The notes beneath the pieces were generated by a model that ran no database searches, was not told the origin of the DNA, and was given only the letters and a program-made list of their open reading frames with translations. The position numbers were made by a program, and so were the translations under genes. From Elusimicrobiota bacterium (lineage in GTDB: Bacteria; Elusimicrobiota; Elusimicrobia; UBA1565), in contig JBDREN010000081.1 in NCBI GenBank assembly GCA_043819795.1, positions 1-28,301 of the forward strand: DNA of 28,301 nucleotides. Reading direction: 5' to 3'. Numbering within the stretch: the stretch's first letter is position 1; each line of letters starts with the position of its first letter. Below are positions 1-8,003 of this stretch, piece after piece.

Positions 1-1
1 C

Positions 2-616
2 GGTCGGCCAGGCGGTCCGGCAGTCGGCGCCGATGCAGAGCTCGGTCCCCCTGACCCCGCCGGCGACGTCCAATTTCTTGACCGGACTCGAAGTCCCGAT
101 GCCGACGTTGCCGTTGGCGTCCTTCGTGACGAAGGAGGCGAGCTCCGCGCCCTGAAGGCGCTGGGCGTTGAACGCGTAGGAGCTGGAGGCCAGGCGCTCG
201 CGCGGGCTCAGGGTCTTGCCGCCCACCTCGATCTCCAGGTACAACGCCGCGTTGCTGAAGAGGTCCGCGGTCAAAGGCTGCACGCCGCCGAGCTGGACGG
301 AGAAGACGCCCTCAACGGTGGCGACTCCGGCCTGCGTTTCCGTCCAAAGAGCCGTGCCGTCCGCCTCGACATCGAATATCCGGAACGTGATGTCGGATGT
401 CCCGGTGACCGGAGAGCCGCCGATGACCAGACGGCCCTGGAAATTGATAAGAGGCGCGATGTCCGCGGCGCGGACCGGCGCTCCGAATACCATCAAGAGA
501 AAGGCCGCCGTGAACACGCCTGCCGCCCGCAGAAAAGCCCTCTTGTTTCCAAGAGAGCCTCGTGAGCGCGCGACCGAGAGATTCCGATTCGCTACGTGTT
601 TTTCGCGGAGTGTCAT
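2..616 (-). CDS. Secreted tail-fibre-like / adhesin-like protein, N-terminal part (runs off the window edge)
   Basis: Not in the ORF track because it is open at the edge; translated by hand. AGGAGG precedes the ATG at 616. Reads MTLREKH...RAFLRAAGVFTAAFLLMVFGAPVRA (signal peptide), then INFQGRL...ITFRIFD...LWTETQ...GVFSVQLG...YLEIEVGG..LSPRERLASSSYAFNA and NGNVGIGTSSP..KLDV. These motifs are typical of secreted fibre proteins that often end in a peptidase S74 domain. Confidence 0.85.
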   Translation of the reverse strand, partial: MTLREKHVANRNLSVARSRGSLGNKRAFLRAAGVFTAAFLLMVFGAPVRAADIAPLINFQGRLVIGGSPVTGTSDITFRIFDVEADGTALWTETQAGVATVEGVFSVQLGGVQPLTADLFSNAALYLEIEVGGKTLSPRERLASSSYAFNAQRLQGAELASFVTKDANGNVGIGTSSPVKKLDVAGGVRGTELCIGADCRTAWPT

Positions 617-709
617 AATGCCTCCTTTCATCGATCGATGCGTCGTACCGCTTATAAGTTCCTCCGGGAAACCCCAATCCGCCAGAAGACGGTCGAGTTA
701 CTGCTCTTG

Positions 710-741
710 ATATATTTAGCCTGAATCTGCGCCATAGTCAA
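710..741 (-). promoter_or_regulatory. Putative sigma70-like promoter of the fibre-like gene
   Basis: The minus strand reads TTGACT (741-736), 17 bp, TAAATATAT (718-710), in an AT-rich intergenic region about 95 bp upstream of the ATG. Confidence 0.5.
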
Positions 742-748
742 TGACAAC

Positions 749-951
749 GCGCTGACATTCAATATAGAAAAAGAGCTTATGTTATTGTCATCTTTTTATT
801 TTGTCAGGCCGGGATTCCCCGATTCTCGACCGCATCGGTGGCCACCGGGACGGATTCCGCCCGACATCGCATTTCCCCGTCGGAGATTGGGACGCGTCCG
901 TTCTCCGGAATACTGTGAAACATTCCCAGCGTACTTGAGAAATGTCAGCGC
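749..951. repeat. 11-bp perfect inverted repeat pair flanking a 181-bp spacer
   Basis: GCGCTGACATT (749-759) and AATGTCAGCGC (941-951). Further TGACA/TGTCA pentamers at 742, 786 and 802. Confidence 0.6.
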
Positions 952-1003
952 TTTTCGGGACGTGCGAATCGCCCAATAATATAAGACCTTTATTGCATTT
1001 ATC

Positions 1004-1327
1004 TTGCGGATCGGACGTCGGCTCCGGGCTATATTGAAGAAGGACGTCGAGACCATCTCGGGCGCCCTGGAGGCGGTGCGCCGCCTGCGCGGGGTGCGCT
1101 TCGACTGGCGCACCGACGAGCCCGCGGCGATGGGCTACCCGGAAGGCCGCCAGGTCGGCCTGATCGGCCAGGAGGTCGAGGCGGTCATGCCCGAGATCGT
1201 CCGCACGGGCCAGGACGGCTACAAGAGCCTCGACTACTCCAAGATGGTGCCCGTGCTCGTCGAGGCCATCAAGGAGCAGCAGGCCCAGATCGACGCCTTG
1301 CTCTCGGACCGGACTCGGGACAAGTAG
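1004..1327 (+). pseudogene. Orphan peptidase S74 (intramolecular chaperone / autocleavage) domain; gene fragment or stand-alone small protein
   Basis: LKKDVETISGALEAVRRLRGVRFDW...GLIGQEVEAVMPEIV...SLDYSKMVPVLVEAIKEQQAQIDAL matches the S74 pattern. Codons are GC3-rich from about 1034. There is only a TTG start, no SD sequence and no in-frame catalytic Ser-Asp. Confidence 0.75.
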
Positions 1328-1349
1328 CGCGGAAAGGCTCGGTGGCTGG

Positions 1350-1398
1350 CGCGCGGCCGGAAATCGGGTGGGGGGATTTCCGGCCGCGCGTCTTTTTT
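1350..1398 (+). terminator. Rho-independent terminator, possibly bidirectional
   Basis: Perfect 16-bp stem CGCGCGGCCGGAAATC (1350-1365) / GATTTCCGGCCGCGCG (1375-1390) followed by TCTTTTTT. It lies between two convergent ORFs. Confidence 0.85.
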
Positions 1399-2767
1399 AT
1401 TCCTTCATGAGGCGCTGGAGCTCGCGGTTGGCGTCTCCCATGTCCACGCCCAACCCCTTGTACTGGCGCAGGATCTGCTTGAGGCGCTCGATGAGCACGA
1501 GGTCCGAGACCCCCTGCAGCTTGAGGGCCTGGTAGGCGCGCCATTCGGCGCGGTAGAGCCCCTCCTTGTTCTGCTCCTTAAGCCGCTTCTGCTCCCGCCG
1601 CAGCTCCTCGAGACGCTTCTTCGCCTTGCGCTGGCGCTCCTCGAGCTCCAGCAGGCGCAGCTTCTCCTTGGCCTCGTCGGTCTCGGCCGACGTGACGGCC
1701 ATCCGCTCGCGCATCTCCAGGAGCTCCCCGCGCATGAGCCGCAGCTCCTCGGCGAGCTTCCACTGCTTGATCTCGGCCGCCTCCAGGGCGCGCGCGAGGT
1801 CCTGACGATAGCCCATCTCGTTGGTCAGCAGGCGCTCGTACTCGGCTTCCGGGTCCCAGGACCCGAAACGGTAGGACAGGCTCACGGCGTTGCTCCAGCG
1901 CGAGCCTCCCGAGAAGGGTATGCGCACCGCGTAGTCGAGCCTACCGCCGAGAATGTTCCAGCCGGTGCCGATGGTCCAGGAGCTCGCCAGCCCCCCCAGA
2001 TTGACCCCCGTCCGCGCCGTGAACTGCCCGTACTGGGCGGTCGCCCAGGCGTGCTCGAGGCCCGCCGAGAGCGTGGTCGTGGCGCGGTAGCCGGCCGAGG
2101 GAGCGCGCCGCGTGAAATCCGCGGCGGCGGTGAACCGCCGAACCTGCTGGGCGTAGCCCATCTTGAGGATGCGGGGCGCGCGGTCCGAGAGCGTCCCGAC
2201 GCCGGTGCTCGGGTTGTTGAGGTTGAGGATCGACAGGCCCACGGCCCGGTCCTCCCCCCACCGATAGAACGTGCCGAAATCGAAGGCCGCCTTGGTGGTG
2301 GCGCCGCCCAAGCGGCGCCCGTTGCGCTGGATGCCCTTCAGGGTCAGGCCCCAGTCGAGCGTCCCGGTCCCGATCTCGCGCCAGTTGCGCGTCGCGTACG
2401 TGAGCCCGACGGTCCGGTCGAGCGCGTCCGGTTCGACGACGTCGTGCGTCCAAGAGAGCCCGAAAGCCCCCCGCAGGCGCGGCCCCTCCAGGGGGAGGCC
2501 CATGCCGAACGCCAGCCCGTCGAGGTCGATCGGGCCGGCGGAGACGTGGCGCATGCGCCGGATCCCGAACTCCAGCTGGGAACGGCGCAGGTTTCCGATG
2601 GTCGCCGGGTTAAGCGTCAGGCCGGAAAGGCCCGCCGAGTCCGCCGCCAGGGCGCCGGCCATGCCCATCGCCCGCGCCCCGAAGGCGATGTCCAGGTTCG
2701 AGGCGCGCGCCGGACAGGACGGCAGATTGAGCGCGAGCGCGGAGAGGACGGCGATCGTTCTTCTCAT
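1397..2767 (-). CDS. PorV/PorQ/FadL-like outer-membrane beta-barrel protein with a C-terminal coiled coil
   Basis: Signal peptide MRRTIAVLSALAL..., the GARAMGMAGA...NPA motif, amphipathic strands ending in SLSYRFG, then about 150 aa of E/R/K/L heptads. The ATG at 2767 overlaps the upstream stop (ATGA). Confidence 0.75.
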   Translation of the reverse strand: MRRTIAVLSALALNLPSCPARASNLDIAFGARAMGMAGALAADSAGLSGLTLNPATIGNLRRSQLEFGIRRMRHVSAGPIDLDGLAFGMGLPLEGPRLRGAFGLSWTHDVVEPDALDRTVGLTYATRNWREIGTGTLDWGLTLKGIQRNGRRLGGATTKAAFDFGTFYRWGEDRAVGLSILNLNNPSTGVGTLSDRAPRILKMGYAQQVRRFTAAADFTRRAPSAGYRATTTLSAGLEHAWATAQYGQFTARTGVNLGGLASSWTIGTGWNILGGRLDYAVRIPFSGGSRWSNAVSLSYRFGSWDPEAEYERLLTNEMGYRQDLARALEAAEIKQWKLAEELRLMRGELLEMRERMAVTSAETDEAKEKLRLLELEERQRKAKKRLEELRREQKRLKEQNKEGLYRAEWRAYQALKLQGVSDLVLIERLKQILRQYKGLGVDMGDANRELQRLMKE

Positions 2768-4266
2768 TTGTCCACCAAAGAGGGCCATTCGGCGACCGCC
2801 TGCCGGAACGTCGACAGGCCGTCGCGCCCGCGTGACTTGACCCAGTATAGCGCCTCGTCGGCCTTCTTGACGAGGTCCTCGGCCGTGCGGCCGTCCTCCG
2901 GGTAGGTCGCGATGCCGATCGAGACCCTCACATCGAGCTCGCCCTCCCTGGAGAACGGCACGGGGATGCGGATACCCCGGATGTCCTCCAGAAGGCGCGA
3001 CAAGATGTTGCAGGCTCCCTCGGAATCCGCCTGCGGCAGCAGGATCAGGATCTCGTCGCCTCCGTAGCGCGACGGAAAATCGATCTTCCGGAGCCTCTTG
3101 AGGATGATGCGCCCCACTTCCTTGAGGGCCAGATCGCCGATCTGGTGGCCGTAGGTGTCGTTGATGCTCTTGAAGAAATCGATGTCGATCATGGCCACGG
3201 AGAGCGCCTGATCGGATCGCTCGACGCGGTAGAGCTCTTCCTGGAAGCGCTGGTTGAAGTAACGGCGCACCGGCAGGCCGGTCAGGCTGTCGTAGAGCGA
3301 GAGGGCCTGAACCTCGTCGAAAAGCCGCGCGTTGTCCACGGCGAGGGCGATCTGCCCTGCGAAGGACCGGAGCAAGCCGATGTCCTCGCCGGCGATGGTC
3401 TGCTGGGAAAGGAAGTTGTCGGCGACCAGCAGCCCCGTCTTGTTCGCCTGCACCGTGAGGGGCAGGTACAGGACGCGATCCTCGTAGCGCTTCATGAGCG
3501 TGTCCGGATCCTCTCCCCTGAGGATGCGGGAGAACCGGTGCACCTCCGAGTCCAGAGGGATCTCCTCGGTGCGGAGGCTCATGGACCGCCCGCGGAGGTC
3601 CACGCCGAGCTCCCCGCGAAGGACGCCTTTCTCCCGGTCGACCAGGTACAGCCGCACCCGGTCCAGCCCGAAGTGCCGGACGATGCCCTCCAGGATGAGC
3701 CTGAGGCCGTCCTCGACCCGCAGCGAGCTCGCGAACACGGCGGCCAGGTCCGTCACCGCCTCAAAACGCTTGAGCTGGCTCTGGCGGGCCAGGCCGACCC
3801 GGGAACGGGCGAGGTTCTGGGCCAGCTCCGCGGCGAGCAGCTCGGCGAACTCCCGCCCGGCGGGGCGGAAGGGCGCCCGGCTCGAGAAGCGCTCCAGGCG
3901 AAGGACGCCCAGCGTGGAATCCTCGCTCCCCGAGGCCCAGCGCAGCGGGACGTAGAGGACGGCGTGGGGCGTCGTGTAGCTCAGGTGGCGCGTCCGTCCG
4001 CGCACGAGCCTCCGGAGCGGAGAGGTCTCCGCGAGGTGGATCTCCTCGTCCATCTCGAGCCACTGTCCGAAGTGCAGGCAGAACTGCAAAGACAGCTTCT
4101 CGTCCCCCGGCGCGAGATGGAAGGTGCTGATGCGGTCGGCGCGGACGCGCTCGGCGATGAGCCTCAGCGCGCGCTCTAACAGCTGCTCCTCTCCCGAGAA
4201 CGGCCGGTTCAGCTCCTTGTGGAAGCCGTAGAGCGACTCGCGGACGCGGGACGTGGCCTTGGTCAT
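2764..4266 (-). CDS. GAF-GAF-GGDEF diguanylate cyclase
   Basis: DSLTGL, MIDIDFFKSINDTYGHQIGD, I-site RKID, RYGGDEI, SIGIA and ADEALY. Two GAF-like segments (YVPLR..LGVLRL; YLPL..GLLVADN..FAGQIALAVDNARLF). No TM segment. Confidence 0.92.
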   Translation of the reverse strand: MTKATSRVRESLYGFHKELNRPFSGEEQLLERALRLIAERVRADRISTFHLAPGDEKLSLQFCLHFGQWLEMDEEIHLAETSPLRRLVRGRTRHLSYTTPHAVLYVPLRWASGSEDSTLGVLRLERFSSRAPFRPAGREFAELLAAELAQNLARSRVGLARQSQLKRFEAVTDLAAVFASSLRVEDGLRLILEGIVRHFGLDRVRLYLVDREKGVLRGELGVDLRGRSMSLRTEEIPLDSEVHRFSRILRGEDPDTLMKRYEDRVLYLPLTVQANKTGLLVADNFLSQQTIAGEDIGLLRSFAGQIALAVDNARLFDEVQALSLYDSLTGLPVRRYFNQRFQEELYRVERSDQALSVAMIDIDFFKSINDTYGHQIGDLALKEVGRIILKRLRKIDFPSRYGGDEILILLPQADSEGACNILSRLLEDIRGIRIPVPFSREGELDVRVSIGIATYPEDGRTAEDLVKKADEALYWVKSRGRDGLSTFRQAVAEWPSLVDK

Positions 4267-5507
4267 TGGTCGCGCAGGCTCATGATGAAGTCCATCTCGG
4301 CCGCCGCGTGGATGAGCTCCTGGCGCAACGCCTGGGGCGAGAAGGTCTTGCGCACGACGTCGCGCACGAGCTGCTCCATGCTGCGGTCGAAGACCTTCTC
4401 GAGCGTCCCCATCACCCCGAGATTGGGGAGCATTCGGGCTCTCTGGAAAGACAGCGCGAACGCCTCTTTGAATTCGGGAAACTCCTCCAGGACCTTCGCG
4501 TCCGCCCCCTCCTTGGCCGGAAGCGCCCCGATCGCCCGGGCGTAGGCGGCAGCCGCACGTCCGTCGACCAGCTCGCGCAAGAGCGCGTAGGCCTCGCGCG
4601 GGCTCTCGGTGTCTCGCAGGACCGCGAGATGCTGCGCGGCCAGAAGCGTCGTGCCCGGATCCCCGGGGAGGGGGACCGCGCCGACCTCATCGAGCAGTTT
4701 TTGAGGGGCCCGTCCCCGCACCTTTCCGTTCGAGACGGCGCGCGGCAGGCGATCCGAGAACTGCAGGGCGCAGTGCCCGTCGAAGAGGTCCCTCGGGACG
4801 AGCCCGCTCGGGCCCTTGAGCGGCATCCAGCCCGCGGACAGCAGCTCGAAGTAGTCCCCGATGCCGCGGCACGCCCTCTCCCTCGAGAACAGGCAGCGCG
4901 ACCCGTCGGGGGAGAAGAATTCGCCCCCGCGCGACCACACGCACGGCGCGAGGTCGGTCATCGAAACGGACTCGCGCGGGTTCGGGTTCGCGATCGGATG
5001 GCGCTGCAGGGGGGCCGAGGCGGACCGCTTTTGGCGGGCCAGCGCCCGGCACGCCTCGCGCAGCCCCTCCCAGCCGGCCAGGACCTTCGCGGGATCGAGA
5101 CCGGCGCGGCGAAAAACGTCCTTCCGGTAATAGAGAAGCCGGATCTCCATCCACCAGGGCAGCGAGTAGACCTGCGGCGTTCCCGCCAGCCGGCATTGGT
5201 CGCGCAGCGCGGCGGGCCAGCGTCCCAGGTCGATCCCGGGATCCAGCTCGCCGAGATCCATGAGCATCCCCAGGTTCGCCAGCGTGGAGGTCCAATGCGC
5301 GGGGATCTGGACCACGTCGGGCCGCGGCTCGGGCCGGGGACCCTTGAGCAGGCGGAACAGATGGGTCCACAGCGAGGCGGCCGTGCGGACCGTCACCGAA
5401 ACCCGAATGCCCGGATGCTCCCTGCGAAACGGCGCGAGGTGCTCCCGCAGGGTCGGAAGCGTCTCGTAGGCGTTGTTGGGCAGGACCCAAAGCTGCAGGT
5501 CTCTCAT
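4263..5507 (-). CDS. Family 1 (sugar-type) solute-binding protein lacking a signal peptide
   Basis: FRREHPGIRV, PDVVQI...LANLGMLMDL, YSLPWWMEIRLLYYRKDVFRRAG and WSRGGEFFS match carbohydrate SBP motifs. No hydrophobic N-terminus or lipobox. Confidence 0.82.
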   Translation of the reverse strand: MRDLQLWVLPNNAYETLPTLREHLAPFRREHPGIRVSVTVRTAASLWTHLFRLLKGPRPEPRPDVVQIPAHWTSTLANLGMLMDLGELDPGIDLGRWPAALRDQCRLAGTPQVYSLPWWMEIRLLYYRKDVFRRAGLDPAKVLAGWEGLREACRALARQKRSASAPLQRHPIANPNPRESVSMTDLAPCVWSRGGEFFSPDGSRCLFSRERACRGIGDYFELLSAGWMPLKGPSGLVPRDLFDGHCALQFSDRLPRAVSNGKVRGRAPQKLLDEVGAVPLPGDPGTTLLAAQHLAVLRDTESPREAYALLRELVDGRAAAAYARAIGALPAKEGADAKVLEEFPEFKEAFALSFQRARMLPNLGVMGTLEKVFDRSMEQLVRDVVRKTFSPQALRQELIHAAAEMDFIMSLRDQ

Positions 5508-5564
5508 AGGATCAGCGCGGACTCGACCCGCATCCCGGCCCTCTCCCGCGGGGGACCGACGCGC

Positions 5565-6674
5565 TCACGCCCAGCTCCGGATCGGCATGGAAGGGTCCAC
5601 GCCGAAGCGGGACGGCAGGCGCCGGCACGCCAAGCGATGGGCGGCCACGTGGGCGATCATCGCGGCGTTGTCGGTGCAAAGGGACTTCGGGGGAAACTGG
5701 ACTTCCAGACCCTCGACCCGGGCCCTCCGGGAGAAGCGCTCGCGCAGGCGGCCGTTGGCGGCCACTCCTCCGCCCACGACGACGCGCCGGACCCGCGTCC
5801 GCCGGGCGGCCAAAACGGTCTTCTCCACCAGCGTGTCCACGACCGCCTCCTGGAATGAGGCGACCAGGTCCGCGAGGAACCTCCTCGGGATCCGCTTTTC
5901 GGCCGGGATCGCCGGGCGCACGCGGCCGCTTCCGGCGTAGCCGGCGTCCCGCACGCGGTAGAGGACCGCCGTCTTGAGGCCGGAGAACGAGAAATCCCAG
6001 GTTCCCGGGAGCAGCGGCCGAGTGAAGGAGACCGCGGCGGGATCGCCGGAGCGAGCGAGGCGCTCGATCGCCGGCCCACCAGGATACCCGAGCCGCAGGA
6101 ACTTCGCCACCTTGTCGAAGGCCTCGCCCGCCGCGTCGTCCCGCGTGCGCCCGAGCACGCGATAGCGGCCCGGGGCCCGGACATGGACCAGCTCCGTATG
6201 CCCCCCCGAGACGATCAGCGAGAGAAACGGGAACGCGGCGCGGCGCACGAGCCCCATCGCCAAGGCGTGGCCCTCGAGGTGGTTGACGCCGATCAGGGGC
6301 AGGCCGTGCGTCCGCGCGATCGTCTGCGCCGCGACCTTCCCGACCAGCAAAGCCCCGGCCAGGCCCGGTCCTCGGGTGTAGGCCACGGCGTCCACGCGGC
6401 CGCCCAGCTCAGCCAAAGTCGCGCGCCGGCCCAAAGCGGCGCGCAACGCGCGCTCCACGACATCTGGAAGACGCTCCATGTGCGCGCGGCTCGCGAGCTC
6501 GGGCACGACGCCCGCGTAGACCGCGTGGAGCTTCACCTGGGAGGAGACGACGTTCGAGAGGACGCGCCTTCCCTCGACGACCGCCGCCGAGGTCTCGTCG
6601 CAGGACGTCTCGATGCCCAGTATCCGGTTCGTCGGCCGGGCGTTCTTCGCCCGCGCCGAAGCGCGACTCCTCAT
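5565..6674 (-). CDS. tsaD: tRNA N6-threonylcarbamoyladenosine transferase TsaD
   Basis: ILGIETSCDET, GVVPELASRAH, NHLEGH, SGGHT, TRDDAAGEAFDK, FSFSGLKTA, GGVAAN, CTDNAAMIA. Confidence 0.97.
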   Translation of the reverse strand: MRSRASARAKNARPTNRILGIETSCDETSAAVVEGRRVLSNVVSSQVKLHAVYAGVVPELASRAHMERLPDVVERALRAALGRRATLAELGGRVDAVAYTRGPGLAGALLVGKVAAQTIARTHGLPLIGVNHLEGHALAMGLVRRAAFPFLSLIVSGGHTELVHVRAPGRYRVLGRTRDDAAGEAFDKVAKFLRLGYPGGPAIERLARSGDPAAVSFTRPLLPGTWDFSFSGLKTAVLYRVRDAGYAGSGRVRPAIPAEKRIPRRFLADLVASFQEAVVDTLVEKTVLAARRTRVRRVVVGGGVAANGRLRERFSRRARVEGLEVQFPPKSLCTDNAAMIAHVAAHRLACRRLPSRFGVDPSMPIRSWA

Positions 6675-7975
6675 CCGTCGTTGATGTTCAGGTTGCCGAG
6701 CACTTCGCGCGCCCGCAGCAGCTCCAGGGCGCGATCGAGCACTTGGTCCTTGACCTTCTCCTCTTCCTTGGTCGCGGACTCCGGCTCCTCGCCCTCCCGG
6801 TAGATCTCTTCCCCCTGAGACTGGAGCTTGACCGCGGTCTCGCGCGGGACGGGGACGTGGATGTCCGGCGCGATCCCGCCGGAGTCCTTCTCCTTCTCGT
6901 TGCGCTGGATCATGCGGCCCGCCGGCGTGTAGTACTTGGCGACCGTCAGCCGCAGGCCCGAGCCGTCGGCGAGCGGGATGACCGACTGCACGCTGGCCTT
7001 CCCGAAAGTCTTCTCGCCGACGATGACGGCGCGCTTGTGGTCTTGAAGGGCGCCGGCCACGATCTCGCTGCCGGAGGCCGATCCCTCGTTGACCAGCACC
7101 ACCATCGGCAGGTGGGTGTAGGGCGTGTCCCGGCCGGCGTGGAAGGGCTGCCTGTTCTCGGCGCGCCGCCCCTGCGTGTAGACGATGAGCTTCCTGTCGT
7201 CGAGGAAGAACGCGGCGACGTCCACGGCCGCGGTCAAGAGCCCTCCCGGGTTGTTGCGCAGGTCGAGGACGACCGACGTGGCGCCGTCCTTCTTGAGCTT
7301 CCCCAGGGCGGCGTCCACGTCGTCGGCCGTATGGGCGCTGAACTCGTTGATCCGCACGTATCCGATCTTGTCCTCGAGCATCCGCGAGCGGACGCTCTGG
7401 ATCTTGATGATCTCACGCGTGATCTCGATGTCGTGCGTCGTCCACTCCTGCTTCTCGTCCTGATCGGCCTTGCGGGCGACGGTGATCTTCACTTTTGTGC
7501 CGGGCTTGCCGCGCAGCTTCTTGACCGCTTCGATCAGCGTGATGCCCTTCGTGGTCTCGTCCTCGATCTTGATGATGCGGTCCTGGGGAAAGACCCCGGC
7601 GCGGATGGCCGGCGTCTCCGGCAGGGGGGTGATGACCGTGAGCCAATCGTCGCGCATGCCGATCCGGATGCCGAGGCCGCCGAACTGGCCCTCGGTCTCC
7701 GTCTTGACGTCCTTATGAAGGTCGGGGTCCATGAACTGCGAAAACGGATCCAGGGTCTTGACCATCCCTCGGGCGGCGCCGTAGATGAGGTCCTTGCTAT
7801 TCACCTCCTCGACGTAGTTCTCCTTGATGTAGTCGAGGACGTCGACGAGGATCTTCAGCTGCTCGTAGGTCTTGTCGACCGAGGCATACGCGCGCGGCAG
7901 GGCCCACGCGCCCAACGACGCCAGCGCCGATACCGCGACGGCCGTCCGGATCCTGCTCCTCCAAACCGTGTTCAT
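6671..7975 (-). CDS. S41 family carboxy-terminal processing protease (CtpA-like)
   Basis: Signal peptide, LDPFS, PDZ (GGLGI...LRGKPGTKV), LDLRNNPGG, SASGSEIVAGALQD, TFGKASVQ, YYTPAGR. The ATG at 7975 has an SD sequence (GGGGAG). Confidence 0.95.
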   Translation of the reverse strand: MNTVWRSRIRTAVAVSALASLGAWALPRAYASVDKTYEQLKILVDVLDYIKENYVEEVNSKDLIYGAARGMVKTLDPFSQFMDPDLHKDVKTETEGQFGGLGIRIGMRDDWLTVITPLPETPAIRAGVFPQDRIIKIEDETTKGITLIEAVKKLRGKPGTKVKITVARKADQDEKQEWTTHDIEITREIIKIQSVRSRMLEDKIGYVRINEFSAHTADDVDAALGKLKKDGATSVVLDLRNNPGGLLTAAVDVAAFFLDDRKLIVYTQGRRAENRQPFHAGRDTPYTHLPMVVLVNEGSASGSEIVAGALQDHKRAVIVGEKTFGKASVQSVIPLADGSGLRLTVAKYYTPAGRMIQRNEKEKDSGGIAPDIHVPVPRETAVKLQSQGEEIYREGEEPESATKEEEKVKDQVLDRALELLRAREVLGNLNINDG

Positions 7976-8003
7976 ATTCGGTCTCCCCAATTAAGTTTCC
8001 GGT

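Noticed and set aside
617..705. Possible riboswitch (e.g. c-di-GMP) in the fibre-gene leader
   Set aside because: No recognisable aptamer consensus by eye. An Rfam covariance search would be needed to exclude it fully.
216..710. Track ORFs 216-710 (+) and 312-677 (-)
   Set aside because: They overlap the motif-bearing fibre-like gene in other frames.
5508..5567. tsaD and the SBP are in the same frame, separated by a single TGA (possible readthrough fusion)
   Set aside because: Sharing a frame is a 1-in-3 chance, TsaD ends at its normal C-terminus, and I recognise no recoding signal.
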